Shown here in pieces: positions 13,086 through 28,507 of a stretch of 64,000 nt of DNA. Positions within the stretch are counted from its first letter, which is position 1. Every line of letters starts with the position of its first letter. Both the position numbers and the translations under genes were made by a program. Under the pieces are notes generated by a model. That model saw only the letters and a list, made by a program, of their open reading frames with translations, was not told the origin of the DNA and did no database searches. The DNA is from Azolla caroliniana (Eukaryota; Plantae; Polypodiophyta): positions 1,178,001 to 1,242,000 of the forward strand of contig JBHGNT010000001.1 in NCBI GenBank assembly GCA_043228905.1. Direction: 5' to 3'.

Positions 13086-16000
13086 ATGGATAGCGGCATA
13101 GAAGCTCATAATAATGTAGCCGAAAAGGAGCAGAAGATCATACATGGACATGGAGAGTTAAAGGAAGCAAATGCAGGTATATTTCCAGCTAATGGAAATG
13201 GTAAACATGTACTAGTAGAAGAAGAAGAACAATCTGAAGTAGGAAAAGTTGAAGAAAAATCAGAATCAGAAGGAAGAGGAGGAGAACGACTAGACATGTT
13301 GGATTTGATCAGCTATGTCGACGGATCTGAATCAATTGAAGTAGCGCATGCTGAAGGAGAGGGAGGAGGAGGAGGAGGAGAAGAAGAAGATGATGATAAC
13401 GAAGAAGAAGAAGTTATTACAGCTAGGGTTAACACACTAGATTCCCGATCTTCAAGTACGCTAAATTTCAAAGAAACAACTGCAGAAGAAGAAGCCATTA
13501 TCATGAACGATCCGTCACAAAAAGAGCAAGACTTTGCATCATTCAATCCAGCTATGGAGAAGAAGAACAGCAGCAACAGTAACAGTAGCAATGACGATAA
13601 CAACAGTAACAATAACAATAAGTCATCTTTGGTGAGGGAAAAGTCATTTCAAAGGAAAGCTATGGCCATGTCCATCCCTCCTCTAGTTGTCAATAGAACT
13701 CCAAAGCCTTCAATAAGTCTGAGCAAACTCTCTTCTGCTCCCACGAACAAACACGTTACGCCCTGCTCCCTCGACCCCGCTCACTCCCATGGCCATAGCC
13801 ATCGATCCCCGCCACCGGTCCTCTTTCGGAACTTCTTGAAGTCTTCTTCTCCTCAAGCCCTAGCAAGACAAACTGAAGACCATGAACATGATGCCTTGAA
13901 CCCTTCTACTGCTCAACCACCTAAGCGCCGCCATAGTCTTGGCAGCAATACCACCACCAATAGTGTCGCTCTACAAACCTCTAGTACGAAGATTACTACT
14001 AAAACTACTAGTCCTAGTGGTTTTTCACCACTGCCTAATCCTCGCCGTGCTTCACTCGACTCAACCAAAACCCGAGTACTCCCTTCTTCTTCTTCTTTAG
14101 AAAAACCCAAATCTCGTAAAGCTTCCCGCCCTTCTTCGCCTTCAGAGCTACCTAAAGCATCGCCGACCAATTCTGTCTCTATCCGAGGTTTCTCTTTTGG
14201 GAAAGCGTCTCCTAAAGCTTCATTTTCATCCCCGACAACTCCGGATAGCTCGAAGGCTACAACTCCAAGAGGGATTTCTTTAATAAAGCCCATCTCACCA
14301 AGAACTCCGGCTTCTTCTTCTTCATCATCTCGAGTTCGAACTCCAGCCAGCAATGGATCTACTAGCACTGATACCACTAGCTATCAGCGGAAGAAAGTTA
14401 GCCCTGTTTTTACCCATGGTAATGTTAAACGCTTATCGAGCTTGGGGGACAGTTCTGGGACAAATGGGACCCTCTCAGATCGGCAGTCACCAAGATGCTC
14501 TCCTTCACCTGATCATCATGCTGTCAGTAGAAGGAAATCGTTGACATCAGAAAGTCGAGATTCACGGTTCATTGCTCTTCCTTCTGTGGATGTGAAGGCA
14601 GGGGATGATGTGGTATGCATACCAGACCTTAAATTCGAAGCCCAATGTACGGATTTGACATGGAAATTTGGATTAACTCATGACGTGTCAAATTTGAATA
14701 TAGACCCTCTAATCTACTCTTGCTAGTATGATTTGCAATTCTGACTTTTGATCTCGCCCTCAATGGCCTTAACTCTTCAGTTTTTATGGAAGATTTTGTT
14801 TTTAATGCAGAGATTGGATTTGCGTGGCCAGAGAGTTAGGAGCTTGGATTGCAATCTAGTCCATTTGACACCAAAGCTAGAGGTATACACTTGTAGAAAC
14901 ATTTGCTTGAATGTTGTGGATATATAGGATCAGAAGAGTCAGCTTTTGAAACACATATGAGCTAATTTTTACTAAGCTTACATGGTAGAGTACCAATCAC
15001 AAAGCTGTAGAGATCACACTGCTCAAATTTCAACTAGAAGAAATCCCTTGTGGATATTGTATATCATCTTTCAATCTTTGTCTTTCATGGAGCATTATAT
15101 AGTGGAGTGATGGGGGAAGCATTATATATGGCTTGGCTATGACCTGATTGAATCAACAAGGGGCTTGTGCAAAAGTAGAAATTTCTGAAATTTTAGCAAA
15201 AGTTGAATAGGATGGAATTATTTGGATCAATCAAAATGAGAGAAAGAATGGATGCAGGAAGAAAAACTATGCTTTGTGAGGGGATATTGTAATGTTTTTT
15301 AATACATGTATTGATATCCACCTTGCAATTGGACATTCTGGCTTCCAAGTGAGTGCAGAGTCTACTATATAAGTGCATGTACATTGGTGTCTTATAATGG
15401 AAGCATGTGTATATTGGTTTGAAACACTCTTCTGTTGATATATGCTGCATAACGAGCTGATTTAATAATCTGGATGTGTTCTTCGCAGTTTGTATACCTC
15501 AGAGATAATAAGCTCGCAAATTTAGCTGGAATAGAGATCCTGAAGCGTGTCAAGGTAGATGTTGATGGTAAGCTTGAAATATCTAAGAAAATGTATTCTC
15601 TAACTACCATGACCATTTAATCGCAGGTTTTGGATCTTAGCTTTAATGAATTCAAAGGGCCTGGTTTTGAGCCCTTAGCAAACTGTAAAGCCCTCCAGGT
15701 AAGCTTTTGTTTTGTTTTGCCTCGTAAGAAAGAGGGTTGAAATTAAGTGCAGCTAATTGATCTCATTGAATAACTCCATTTTTCTTCACAGCAACTTTAT
15801 CTTGCTGGTAACCAAATCACATCTTTAAGTGGCTTGCCACAGCTTCCCAATCTAGAGGTATACATCTTGATAAGCAAGAGGGCAATTGGTTTTTAGTCCC
15901 TTTTGGTAATTGATTACGTGTGTTTCCAGTTCCTATCAGTTGCCCAGAATAGGCTGAAATCATTATCGATGGCAACACAACCGAGACTCCAGGTATGCAC

Positions 16001-19000
16001 GGCACAATAGTATGAAATTTACAATTGGCCACAGTAATTAATAAAACTACTTAATGTGTCCTTGAATATTGTTTCTAGTTTCACTACTTTGTTTTGTTTT
16101 GCCTACCATGTGAAGGTCCTCGCTGCAAGCAAGAACAAAATCTCTACATTCAAAGGGTTTCCTCAATTGCCATTGCTTGAGGTTCTTGATGCACATCCCA
16201 CTTAAGTTTCAACTTATAAGATTTTATGCACATTCATTGTGCAGTGTTGAAGATATTAAGATATCTTCAAAGTGTCCTTGTGAAGCTTGGTTTGAAATAA
16301 GACTGTTGTTTCATCATGGCTTACAGCATTTGCGATTGGAAGAGAACCCAATACTAGAAATGCAACATGTTGAGGCGGCTGCAATATTGTTGGGTGGTCC
16401 AACATTAAAGAAGTTTAATGATAAAGGTGGGATGTATGCTCTTAAGAATTTTTGGTAAGGAAATCTAGCCTCCCAAAGACTACAAATAGAGAACATTGCA
16501 GTAAAAGGGACTACTATACATTACTCCTCGTTGCAATGGCTGTAGAAAAAAATGGTCAATAATTGTTATCAATGACTCTTAACTGATTGAATTTCAGAGC
16601 ATGCTGTAGTAGTGGTCCTCACGAAATTTATGAACAAGCTAGTTGGATACTTACTCTGCTTATTTATGGCCATTTTTTCATAGAAAGTTTGTTCTCCATA
16701 ACTCTATTTTTAATGTTATCACAGATCTACCTCTGGAGGAGCAAGATCTTGCCCGTTTGTATCCTGCACATACAGCACTATGCATTAGGGATGGCTGGGA
16801 TTTCTGTGATGTCCATGAAGCTTTTGGTAAGTGAATGTTGATAAACTTTATGACAGTGTGAGCATTGATTTTCTCATTAGTACTAATGGAACAGAATCAA
16901 GCATGAGATTCCTTAAAGCACAATGGTCTGAAAAAATCCCTCCTGGATATGCCATCGAGCAAGCCTTGATTGAGAAACCTTCTGAAGAGGATCCTTGCAG
17001 CTGTCACTTCACGTTTACTAAGCACAACAGTGAGCTTGAGGACCTGACTTTGAGATATCAATGGTATATTGGGGGTAAAACACCTACGAACTTTGTGCCT
17101 ATTGAAGGTGCAACAGATGAGGTTAGCTTGCATTTTTGTCAACCATAATGTTGCTACTTTGGATATCTGCTTCTTGTTGTTTGTCTAAACCCTCCCTCTA
17201 TGATTGTGGACATTTTTCTCTTTTACATGGTGAATCCTTATTGTCTTTGATCAGATACTATTCATTCATGCACTTATAGTTCACATGGAATGACGGATAT
17301 GTTCTGTATTGTTTATGGAAGATCTACTGGCCAAAGCATGATGATGTCGGTCGCTGCCTGAAGGTGGAATGTACTCCGGTGCTTGGACAAACTGAATATC
17401 CTTCAATATTTGCTGTTTCATTTCCCGTCTTACCAGGTACTGTCTTGAATCCTTACATTAGACTCTAATTGATTATCTGAGGATGGGTGGCTAGTTTTTG
17501 TGATTAATGTGTTTTTCTGCATAGCAGGTAGTGGATGTCCCAAGGTTATGAGTCTTACAGTGAAGGGAGAATTGGAAGAGGGCCATGTTATCAGAGGGCA
17601 TGCAAATGTAGCATGGTGTGGTGGGACACCTAGTAAAGGGATTGTAAGGTAGTAATGTCTATGGGGGACATTTTCATTTGCTTACAGTATTGAAACGGGG
17701 CAGGCTAACAGTCTCTATTATGTCAGTTGGCTGAGGCGATATGATAATCGAAGCCCGGTTGTAATTGTCGGAGCTGAGGAGTTGGACTATCAACTCACCT
17801 TAGATGATGTCGAAGCTAATCTACTACTGATGTACACACCTGTGACACAAGAAGGTGTAAAGGGAGAACCTCACTTTGCTACCACTGCAGTGGTACATGC
17901 AGGTGACTGACTACTTTTGACAGATGCTGCTTTCATATTCATTAACTTATTAAGCAAGTACCTAGTTTTAGGTATCATCCTTCGCTGTAAAATAACTGTT
18001 GGTACATAAGCAAATGCGTTTGTTACGTATAGTCCAAAGATGAGGGCATTTCATTCATTTTGTACGCGACTTTTAAATAGTTCTAGCCTTGCAGTATTTG
18101 GAATAGACTTAGAACTGTAAAATGACACTTGAATTTCTAAACCATGTAGTTCATTGACTTGCTTCTTTTTTTTCCAGCGAATCCTTCTGTCAGCAATGTG
18201 CATATTCTTGGAAATCTAGAGGAAGGTAACACTATCAAGGGTGTTGGAACATATTTTGGGGGTAAAGAGGGGCAGAGCAAACTTGAATGGTTACAAGAAG
18301 ACATCGAGCTAGGGTAAATCTCTACAAAAAGCATGGTTGTGTATTTCAACATCAAATCATTGTGCATGTGAATGTACTTGTCTGGAATCATCCATGGATG
18401 TATCTGTTGGAAGCTTTTCCTTGTGTGAGATTTTGTGTAGATCTGTTCCATTATACTTTTCATATTTCCTCAGGGAGTTCAAGCTCGTAGCTAAGGGAAC
18501 TTATGAATACACTTTGAGTGAAGAAGATATCGGCTCAAGGATCATGTTTTCATACACTCCTGTAAATTCTGAAGGTTAATGCTAAAATCCATAACTATGT
18601 ATACATATGTTCTATTTGGCGTCGTGATCGTAAGATATCAGTTTAACATCTTCATCAGGTATTCAAGGCGATTCTGTCTCAACAATATCTGCAAAAGTAT
18701 CTCTAGGTATGGTTTATCTATCTTCAATGCATGTGATCATCCACTCGATACATCTTTTTTGTAAGTTGATAAATTTCTACAAATGCAGCCACTCCAAAGG
18801 TCTCTCAGCTGAGAATAGTTGGAAACATATGTGAGGGTAGTAAAGTTGCAATCAGTGCTGTGGTATCTGGTGGAGTTGAGGGTGCTAGTCGTGTACAATG
18901 GTTCAAAACTAATATTCCAGATGAATCCCTAGGTGATGCAAACCTAGAAGCAATAAGCACATCAAAAGTATCAAAGGTGGGTGTACATACTTCTACTATT

Positions 19001-22000
19001 TGTTCTTGTACATAAAAATCCTTGTCTTGTCCAGGCCCTCTAGGCTAAATCAATTGCATTATGTATACTTCTCTTCAGGCATTTCGCATCCCACTTGGCG
19101 CTGTTGGGTTTTATTTGGTGGCCAAATATACACCAGTTCGTACAGACGGTGAAACTGGAGAACCTGCACTAGCCTTTTCTGACGTTCCTGTTAAAAGTAT
19201 GCATTGATTCTTATTCGCAAGTATTTCAGACTAAATACTCATGGTGAACTTGTTTGGATGCATTCATAAAAGCTATTAATGGCGCTCTTCAATATGAGTT
19301 TCACAGTTTGTTCTTTCTTCTGAAAACCAGTGCTATCTCCAAGTCTTAGCTTCTTATCGATAACGGGAGACTATGTAGAGGGAGAAATCTTGACAGCATC
19401 CTATGGTTATGTTGGAGGCCATGAAGGCAGAAGTCAATATAGTTGGTATCTGCATGAGGTACAACAAAGCTATTGTTAGAATCGTAGAATCTTATATATT
19501 TCATGGGAGTTTGTGCAATTTTGTGATGGTAAGATACATTTCCTAGAATGAAAGTGATTCTGGAGAGCCAATCCTGGAATCAGCAGGCCTTTTGCAGTAT
19601 CACATCACAAAAGAAGCTGTCAATAAATTTGTGTCTTTTAAGTGTATACCTGTACGCGACGATGGTTCAGTTGGGGAAGAGAAAACTGTGATGGGGCAAG
19701 AATGTATACAACCAGGTATATTTTGAATGAGCAACTTTCATGCTGAGGTCAAGTTCATGCGAATCACATCACATAATTAAATTCTTGCTGTTTTCTTTTG
19801 CCCTTAGGCTTCCCAAAATTGCTATCATTGCAAATACTAGGAGATCCTATCGAGGGTGGTAAACTGCATGTGGAGAAAACATATTGGGGTGGAATTGAAG
19901 GGTTTTCAAAACTCCAATGGTTTCTGGTGAGCTCATTTGTCTTCTTTTTTCACTAAGTCGACACTGATTCTTACACCATTTGCACATGTGAAGCAATGTT
20001 GATATAATAGTTACTCTTACCACTATTTACAGATGAGTCCTGATGGGATGCAACAAGAGATCAGTAGAGCAACGGACTATACATATACATGCTGTACTGA
20101 AGATATTGATGGCCATCTTTGTGTCTCTTGTGAACCTACACGTTCTGATGGTGTAAAGGGTTCAGTTGTAATATCTCAGAATGTTGGGCCTGTTCGATCG
20201 GGTGAGTTTCTACTTCGTTAATATTCCTTTGAGTTGAATTAAACGTTTCTTTGACCTATAAATGGTTACATTGTAACAATCTGATGTATATTAAGCAGTT
20301 TGTACAGCTGGAATAGGTTTACCTTATATCAGTTTGTTTAGAAAACCTCAAATATTATGGATTCCTAAAGGTATATGTTATTAGTTAGATCTAGAGCAGC
20401 TGAGAAGCGAGGGTTGAACTTTTTGCAGCTTTACCATCTTGTAATTCTCTGGAGCTGTATGGTGATCCTATTGAAGGAGAAACCCTCAGCTTTATTGCAT
20501 CTTACAGTGGAGGGTGAGTTTTTATCTATCTAGAAGAGTGCGACATAAGTTTCCAAGCTAAGTAAAGGTTGTTTTTCCAGGGAGAGAGGAGCATGTGCTT
20601 GTGAATGGATTAGATTAACAAAGAGTGGAATAGAAGAATGGCTAAGCTTTGGAGGTATAATCTGTCGTTTCACGACAAGACAAACATGAATTTATGATTA
20701 TTCTAAAGCCCTCTTGTTTTTCTTGGTAGATGGCTTGAATTTGACACTTGATGATGTTGGCTGTCGAATCAAACTTGTTTACACACCTGTTCGGAAAGAT
20801 GGGGCCACTGGGACTCCCAAGCTTGTTGTATCTGATGTTATTGAGGATGGTATATTTGATCAAACTACTCTCTTAAACATTATCTGTTTTTTGGGTAATA
20901 CCATTGCATGTAATATCATGAACTCTCATATAGCCACCTGCAATGAAGATGATACAAAGGATTCAACATTGTGTATGCTTTGCAGCCGATCCGGTTGGTA
21001 TTAGCTTGGTAATACCAGATTGTTGTGAAGACATAGAAGTGGTGCCTCAAAGATCCTATTTTGGAGGCATTGAAGGCATTGGAAGTTTTGCTTGGTTTAG
21101 GTTGCAGAATGAGCTGCAAGGACATAAACTCCCACCTGATGCTGAGTTTCTCGGAGACTCAGAGTAAGCAGTTTTTAAACATCACATCTTTAAGTTCTAG
21201 TGGTATATTTCTAATCAGTTTTTCTAATTTCATTGTTCTCCAAGATGAGGCAGCATTGCAGATGTAATTTCATGATGGGAAGGCCTCATTGTCCTTTTGG
21301 TCTATTAGAGATCCTAATGCATTTCTCTCTCTCTCTCTCTCTCTTGTAGGACATATACCCCGATGCTGGAAGATGTAGGTTCTTATTTGGCTCTTCACTG
21401 GATCCCAACCCGATTGGATGGACAGGAAGGAAGTCCTTGTTTTGCATGTAGCAGTTCCAGGGTAGTGGCAGGTATAATAAACAACCCTATAGATGGGGCT
21501 TCATTAGGCTATTATGTAGTTCCTGACATAATGATTTGAATTGACTTCATCTTTGGACTTTTGGTGCGGGGGTTTATAATTCATCAGAATATGGTAATGT
21601 GCTTGAGGTAACTTGTAAATAAGCTGCTGAAGTATTGATATTTCCTTTTTCAGCTCCTCCCTCCGTACACAATGTTACTGTCAAAGAGGTGTCACAAGAA
21701 AGTTACGTTGGTGAAGGAACTTACTATGGAGGTTTTGAAGGGGAGAGTAAATTTAGCTGGTACAGACAAAAGCCAGATGGTACAATGATTTTGATTGCCA
21801 GAGCTAATTCAAAGACCTATGCTGTCCAACATGATGATTATACATGTTGTTTGGTTTTTGGGTAGGTCAAACAATCATTGAATTAAAACATTTTTCTAAT
21901 TGGTGGTAAACCTTTTGTTTTTCACATTATACATGAGGTTTTGGCTATAGGTCCATGATCTTCATAGAACTTTCTCTTCTATTGTAACTGTTATTCTCAG

Positions 22001-24063
22001 GTATTCTCCTTTTCGACAAGATGGAATTGCTGGAAACCTTGTATTGTCAGAGCCAACTGCTGTAATTTTACCTGGTGAGCACATACATATTCCAGACTAG
22101 ATTGAAACAGCCTTTTAATGCTGAAAGTGTTTGTGCAACTTGACTAATGAAATGAACTGAGTTGTGGGGTAAAATGCTAAAAATCTTGTCACAGAAATAC
22201 CAAGAGTTGAAAAGCTGGTACTGAATGGAAAATTTGTGGAGGGAGATGTCTTGACCGCTTCAGAAGTTATACCTAATTGTGAAAGACAGAAACATGTTTG
22301 GGAGCACTTCAAGAAAGAAGTCAAATATCAATGGTTGTTATTTGAAATTCTCAACCCATTTCTATTTCCATTGGGTTACATGAGGGCACATATAATGTTT
22401 TGTATTATTGCAGGTCCCGTTCGACTGATCCTGGTAATGCTCACTCGTTTGAATCGCTTTCTACACAGCGGGGTTGCTCATACAAAATTCGAACTGAGGA
22501 TATTGGATACACTCTGCATTGTGAATGTGTTGTTACTGACATGTTTGATAGATCATCTGCACCAATCTCAGCTTTATCAGCAATTATAGCACCAGGCAAG
22601 CATAGTGTTTACATATTTAGATGGTTTCAAAGACTAGAGAAATCATCCAGATACTCTTGAGGGCATGCTCAAGACTGATGTTTTTGGTTTGTGATGAAGA
22701 ATAATCATTACAATTTGCATTTTCTTTTCGTTTCCCAATTAGGGCTGCCAAAGATAAACAAGCTGGAAATTGAAGGTCAAGGCTATCACACAAATACTTA
22801 TTCCATTCAAGGCTTCTATTTTGGAGGCAAAGAAGGGAGAAGCACAATCCAGTGGTTTAGAGCTATGGCTGGCTCGCCTGATCTAATTCCCATCGCTGGT
22901 AGGATTCCAATTAGGATTCTGAGAGATCCAAGGTGATAGAGAATGATGATGAGATGTATGACATTGTGCTTCTTTGTTATGCTACTTGTACAGGTGAAGT
23001 GGGCCGAATGTATGAAGCACATGTTGATGATGTTGGGTATAGGCTTGTAGCTATCTATACACCAGTCCGCGAAGACGGTGTCGAAGGGGCACCGGTTTCA
23101 GCTTCTACTGAGCCTATAGCAGTCGGTATGCATAAAATATTACCACGCTTAAAATCATTTTTTTTATTTGCATTGTTATGATCAAGAGTTTCATTTAAGT
23201 AAAGAGGTATTTCAGCAAGCTTATGGTATTACATTTTTACTTGAATCATTATGACCACAATTTCTGATTCCAACGAAGAGATTCTACCAATCCAAAATTC
23301 TGAACTCTTACTTTCTTCATTCCCTTGCATCCCTACCCCTCCATTGAACACTAGAACCTGAAATTGCGAAAGAGGTGAAAGAAAAGTTGGAGCTAGGAGT
23401 GATAAAATTCGAGGTGAGCATTAGCGATCAAACCAAATGTTGTTTTGAACTGATTGATTAACTGATCTTTAGGTTAACAAAGTTATTTCTTGCTTGTTTT
23501 TCAGGTTTTGCGGGATCGTGATATGAAGGTAGAATATAGTACTAGAACAAATAATCTCCATGATTTGCATCTTTGCATTACGATTTAGGTTATAAGGATT
23601 TATTTTACTATAGTGAGAGAAGACAATTTTATGTCCAGGTACAACAACAGCAGGGTCTAGGAAGCTACGAACGGCGGGTTGTAGATGTAAATCGGAAGAG
23701 AGTAAAAGTAATCAAGCCTGGTTCAAAGACGTCATTTCCTAGTACTGAAATCCGTGGCACATACGCTCCTCCCTTCCATGTGAGAGCTTTATTTAAAAAC
23801 TTTCAGTTTTGCTTTCAAAGGTAAAAATATATGTATACATTTTGACATTGATTCTTACCGAAGCCTATTTCACTGTCTTCATTTATGACCAGATGGAGGT
23901 GTTTCGAAATGATCCACATAGGTTCAAGATAGTGGTTGATACTGATAGTGAGGTTGATTTGATGGTGCAATCCGGTCATCTGAGGGATGTCATAGTGCTT
24001 GTCATTAGAGGGTTGGCTCAGAGATTCAATAGTACTCCCTTGAACTTGCTTCTTAAGATGTGA
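13086..24063 (+). CDS. AIR9: 187-kDa microtubule-associated protein AIR9 (Ser/Pro-rich N-terminus, LRRs, A9 Ig-like repeats); multi-exon
   Basis: Exon 13086-14612 ends SRDSRFIALPSVDVKAGDDV. LRR exons follow: RLDLRGQRVRSL, FVYLRDNKL, VLDLSFNEFKGPGFEPL, QLYLAGNQITSL, HLRLEENPILEM. A9 repeats carry YFGGKEG.S..QWFR and YTPVREDG. The last exon (23893-24063) ends VIRGLAQRFNSTPLNLLLKM*. A possible upstream coding exon 12811-12829 splices in frame to 13066. Confidence 0.95.
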
Positions 24064-26899
24064 CCCAAATACCTTTTTTCGGATTTTTAAAATGGTTATT
24101 TTGGGGTTCTTTATTTAGTTTTTTGGGCGTTGTTTTTTTATTTTTCTGTTAATTTTTTTATTGTTTTCGAGTTTTAAAATTGCTTTTTTTGGGTTCTGTT
24201 ATTTTGTTTACAGTATTTTTTTAGGATTTTTTTGTCTTTATATTCATATTCCAAATCCTTAATATTTTTTTTTGTATTATATATATATAAATACATATGA
24301 TTTTGTAGGCACCCTTTATAAAGAGGTTTGGGTTGTCCATATAAGAAAACAAAACAGAGTATTTTCTTCTTCATATTATTATTCATTCATACTTCCCATT
24401 GAAAAATGCCCCTCACTCATCTCTTGTGTGAGCTTTTTTCTTTTGGTTATCCATTCATGCCCTTTGAATTGATCATTTCCCTTGTATACACCACCACCAT
24501 CACCCCAACAAACTAACAAGCAAGAGACAACTGGAATTGCAACAAAGGCCTTGTCCCCATCTTCAAGTCGATCGAATGATAATCATCTCATCTGTTTTTC
24601 TCCTTCAATTTGATCGAAGCACAAGCCCTGTTCGTCTGGCTCGTAGCAGTGTGTTTCTTCATACTGATTTGGTCAGAGAACGAGAGTCCACTTAACTAAC
24701 AGTCATGGTGAGGAGTATTTTGGTAAATCATTAGAAAGATCGTGGTATTCTCCCATTCATATGTCTTGGAATAGTCTGGTTCTTTGTACTTTTTACTGAC
24801 ACATTCTTGTAAGTTGCTAGAATGTTTTCCTTCCATTTATAATGTGAAAGCATTGCCTTTAAACACTGTATATGATGTGGTCCCATCAAACTATAATGAA
24901 TCCACTGTTCCCTAATGGATCAAGTCTTTTTATCTTGTGCTTTTGAAGCTTATTATGAATCGACTGTTATCTAATGGATCAAACCTTTCTATCTCCCTTA
25001 TATATTGCAAAGAAAATCCAAAAAATACTTTTTAGCTTTTCTTTATTGTTGCTTGCAAGTTTTTGTTATTTCCCTTGTACCCTTGGTGAAACACTTGAAA
25101 GAGAAATCATATGGTCAATTCACCTCCTTTTTCTTGATTATATATGTTTTGTCAGCTATTATTTTATTTCTAATTCATTGATTTTTATACCATTTCGTTA
25201 CCTTGTACTTTCTTTAGGGGATGAATTCATGGTGTTTCTTGAGAAATGGAGCAATAAAAAACATGTATGTTTTTTGAAGTGTTTCGAAATATATACATAT
25301 CTTAATTTTTCTTGAGAAAAGAGCCTTGTTTGGTCATATTCTTTAGAGTTGTCTTTCTTGAGTACATATAGGGGCAAAACATTTGTCTGAGTATAGTGGA
25401 ATGTGCCATGTTGAGAGGAGCAAGTTGAAATTGTATCAACAGTGGTATACTCTCAAAGAGTGTTAATGCATTAATGTCCCTGTTGACAGAAATCCTAGCC
25501 CAAGTCTCAAACATAGGAATATGGTTCTAATTTCACTACTCACTCCCTCTGATGGATCGGTCATTAATTGATCATAAAAACAGACAAAATTATAACATTG
25601 GAGTAAAGATCATATATGTTGTATTGGTCGTCAAGAATGGGCATTGTGAACATTTCAATGGGGCGTAATCACCATTTCTGGTTTTCTCATGCTATATCCA
25701 TCATCTTCCATCCAATGCATTTTTAACATTTTGCTTCAAAATGGTTTTTGCTTATAGGATGCCAAAACAATCAAAGAGTATGTATAAGAGTAATGTGTCT
25801 TTTTAGTCTATCAAAAACTTTATTAACAATGGATGGTTGGTGACATGTGCCAATCAGCTAGGTCCATGGCAATGGCAATTCATGAGAAGCTTTTGTTGCA
25901 TGTTGTGTCAATACAGTTATAGTACGTTAAAGATTCCCTAGGTTTTCTTAAACATTACACTAGAATAGCTGTATTTCAGAAATATCAATATTTTATAATA
26001 TACATAATTTTCAAATACCATGAAAGGTAGCTAAAGTTCAGTGTGTGCACTATCTCAATTGAAGTTTTATTGAAAGCACCAAACAGGAATAGCTATAGTA
26101 ATATTCAATATAATTTTGATTATCTGCTTTTCTATTGATGATCAAAGATGAGAGTAATAAAGAAAATGGGCTCGCTAATCCAGATAATGAAACATGAATA
26201 TAATACTAATAAGACACTTTTAGACTTGAACCCAAAAGGGCTTTGAAACGAAAATTTAATATTATGCATTGAGTTATTATTACAAGCCCTTAAAACCACT
26301 TTGATGGACTTATTTTACATGATATAAAATGGGGTATTCCACATTGAAAAATATTTATAAGATGTTGTATCAAAACAAGCAAAATATCTAAGCTTACATA
26401 TATGTGCATATAATTTTTTGTGTATAACAAAGTCAATTCAGTGCATTCACTGAAGTTTTCAAATACTTATTATGAATAAAGGAAAGGTTCATATTTCTAT
26501 TATTTTGTATTTACTTGTATTTGAACGTGCAACTTTTTGTTGATCAATCACAATCATTAACCAATACACAAAAGTTCTCTTTATCAAAGTTATCTTTGAT
26601 AGATATGCATGTGACCCTCAACATATAGACACAAAAGAACAATTGAGTTATTTTAGGTTATTGTCACATGATTCCTTTTTTACACAATTTTAGGCTCAAG
26701 ATAAGCCCTCAAGTTTTATACTAGAATTTATGATAAGCTATATGTATAACCAAACATTAAACAGATAAGTATATAAATGAAAACCCTCATCAACTTTGTA
26801 AGAGCATTTTGAACATTGCCATCTACCTTAATAGCAAATGATGGATCAAATTGGGTCTTAAATCTGGATTCGCAAACGTTGAATTCCTTTTGGAGGATT

Positions 26900-27816
26900 T
26901 GGATTATGGAAAGGAGACCAACATCTAGATTAACTTGGGATCCTGGAGAACTGTATTGGAAGGTGTGGATTCAAGATCAAATAAAACATGTGCCTTTTTT
27001 TAAATATATTTGTGAAGGTTGGTAGGAAAATATTAGGTGCAAGATCTCAACATCTCAAACAATTTTGGAAATGGTTGTCGGGCATAAAAATTATTTGTGT
27101 TGGTTGTTGGTTCATAGAGCTATTCCAATTAATGGTTAGCGAAAGAGGAATGTAGACAACATGTGCTCTTTTTGTACGGATCAAGTAGAGACTACTAACA
27201 ATTGTTTGTAGAGTTGGGATTTTGTGATGGAAATATGGAAAAGAACCATAACATTGTTATTGCCAATATATCCTCGACCAATGTATACATGGGGAGCGGT
27301 ATTATGGGTGACGGTACAAGATAAACCAATGGTATATGAACAAGAGGATGTTGAAGATGTTATTGCTATGAGACATGATTTGATGCAAAAAACATTGATA
27401 CTTTTGAATCCACAAATAAAGATTAATACACCTAAAATATGGCAATTGGTAAGTAGTATCACAATTTGGTATATCTGGAAGGCTCGATGTTTGAAGGTAA
27501 TTCAAAATGCAACTGAAAGACCTGCCCAAATAATTTCTAGGATTGTGCATAATCACAAAGGTTCTTTGGATAACATAAAAGCTGATATGCACATGTGGAG
27601 CTCAAATGATTGGAGTTTCATGCCACTTGAGACAGAGCCATATTTTATAGACAGATTTCTGATGAGGTGGAGTGGTTCTACTCTACACCAAAGTATTTAT
27701 TTAGGTTGACAGTTAGAATTTTGAAAAGGGGCTCATTACCGAAAGGTACATCTTATATGTATAGCCTTAGGGCGTTTCTTAATATTGATGTAGTATCGTT
27801 TTTTTTGGAAAAAAAA
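26900..27816 (+). mobile_element. LINE 3' fragment (zf-RVT region, 3' UTR, A-rich tail)
   Basis: CSFCTDQVET..., EIWKRTITLL and WQLVSSITIWYIWKARC, with frameshifts. Ends TTTTTGGAAAAAAAA. Same family as 28508-29004 and 60790-61195. Confidence 0.8.
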
Positions 27817-28507
27817 TCACTTACATCTACCTTCCATGACAAGGTATTCTAATGAACTAGACATTTGTGAACATGATAAAGTAGCAATGACTCCTTTATT
27901 TTCCCCCATGGTGGCATTGTTCAGTAAGGTTTTTGGAGAGCACGTGTACCACTTGTTTATTAGAGAGGTGGATGATTTTGTACAGGATTTATAATCACTT
28001 GTTAGCTTCTCTGCATTTGCAGAGTTCAAGGAATTTTTATCTCTATGGGATGCACATTGATATATAGCTTCTAGGGGATTTATCTCTCTTAGTTCAAGGC
28101 ATTTTTCCAACAAATGGAACAATATGTCAAAAAAGAACTTGGAGTGGATGATAAATACATGAGGCCATTCAATCGATTACCAACATTGTTATTTTTAGGC
28201 CATTTGTTAGAGTTGGGGAAGGAACTTCATAAAGTCATAATAGTCGGTTAGTAAAGTATTTGGATATTGTAATGAGTTCATGTAAAGATGCTAAATTTAA
28301 TTTTTAACAACTAGTTTACATCACTAGTGATTTTGGTTAATAAACCCCTAGGGATGTCCTCTGTTAACCTAAGAAGATGTTGAAATTACGTGTGCACAAA
28401 AACAATGGCTATTCTGGAATTACTTTGCACTAACAAGATTTGCCCTCCTCACTTCTTCCAAATGAAATATTTTATTTTTATCCACCAACTAAAATAGTCT
28501 TATCTTA

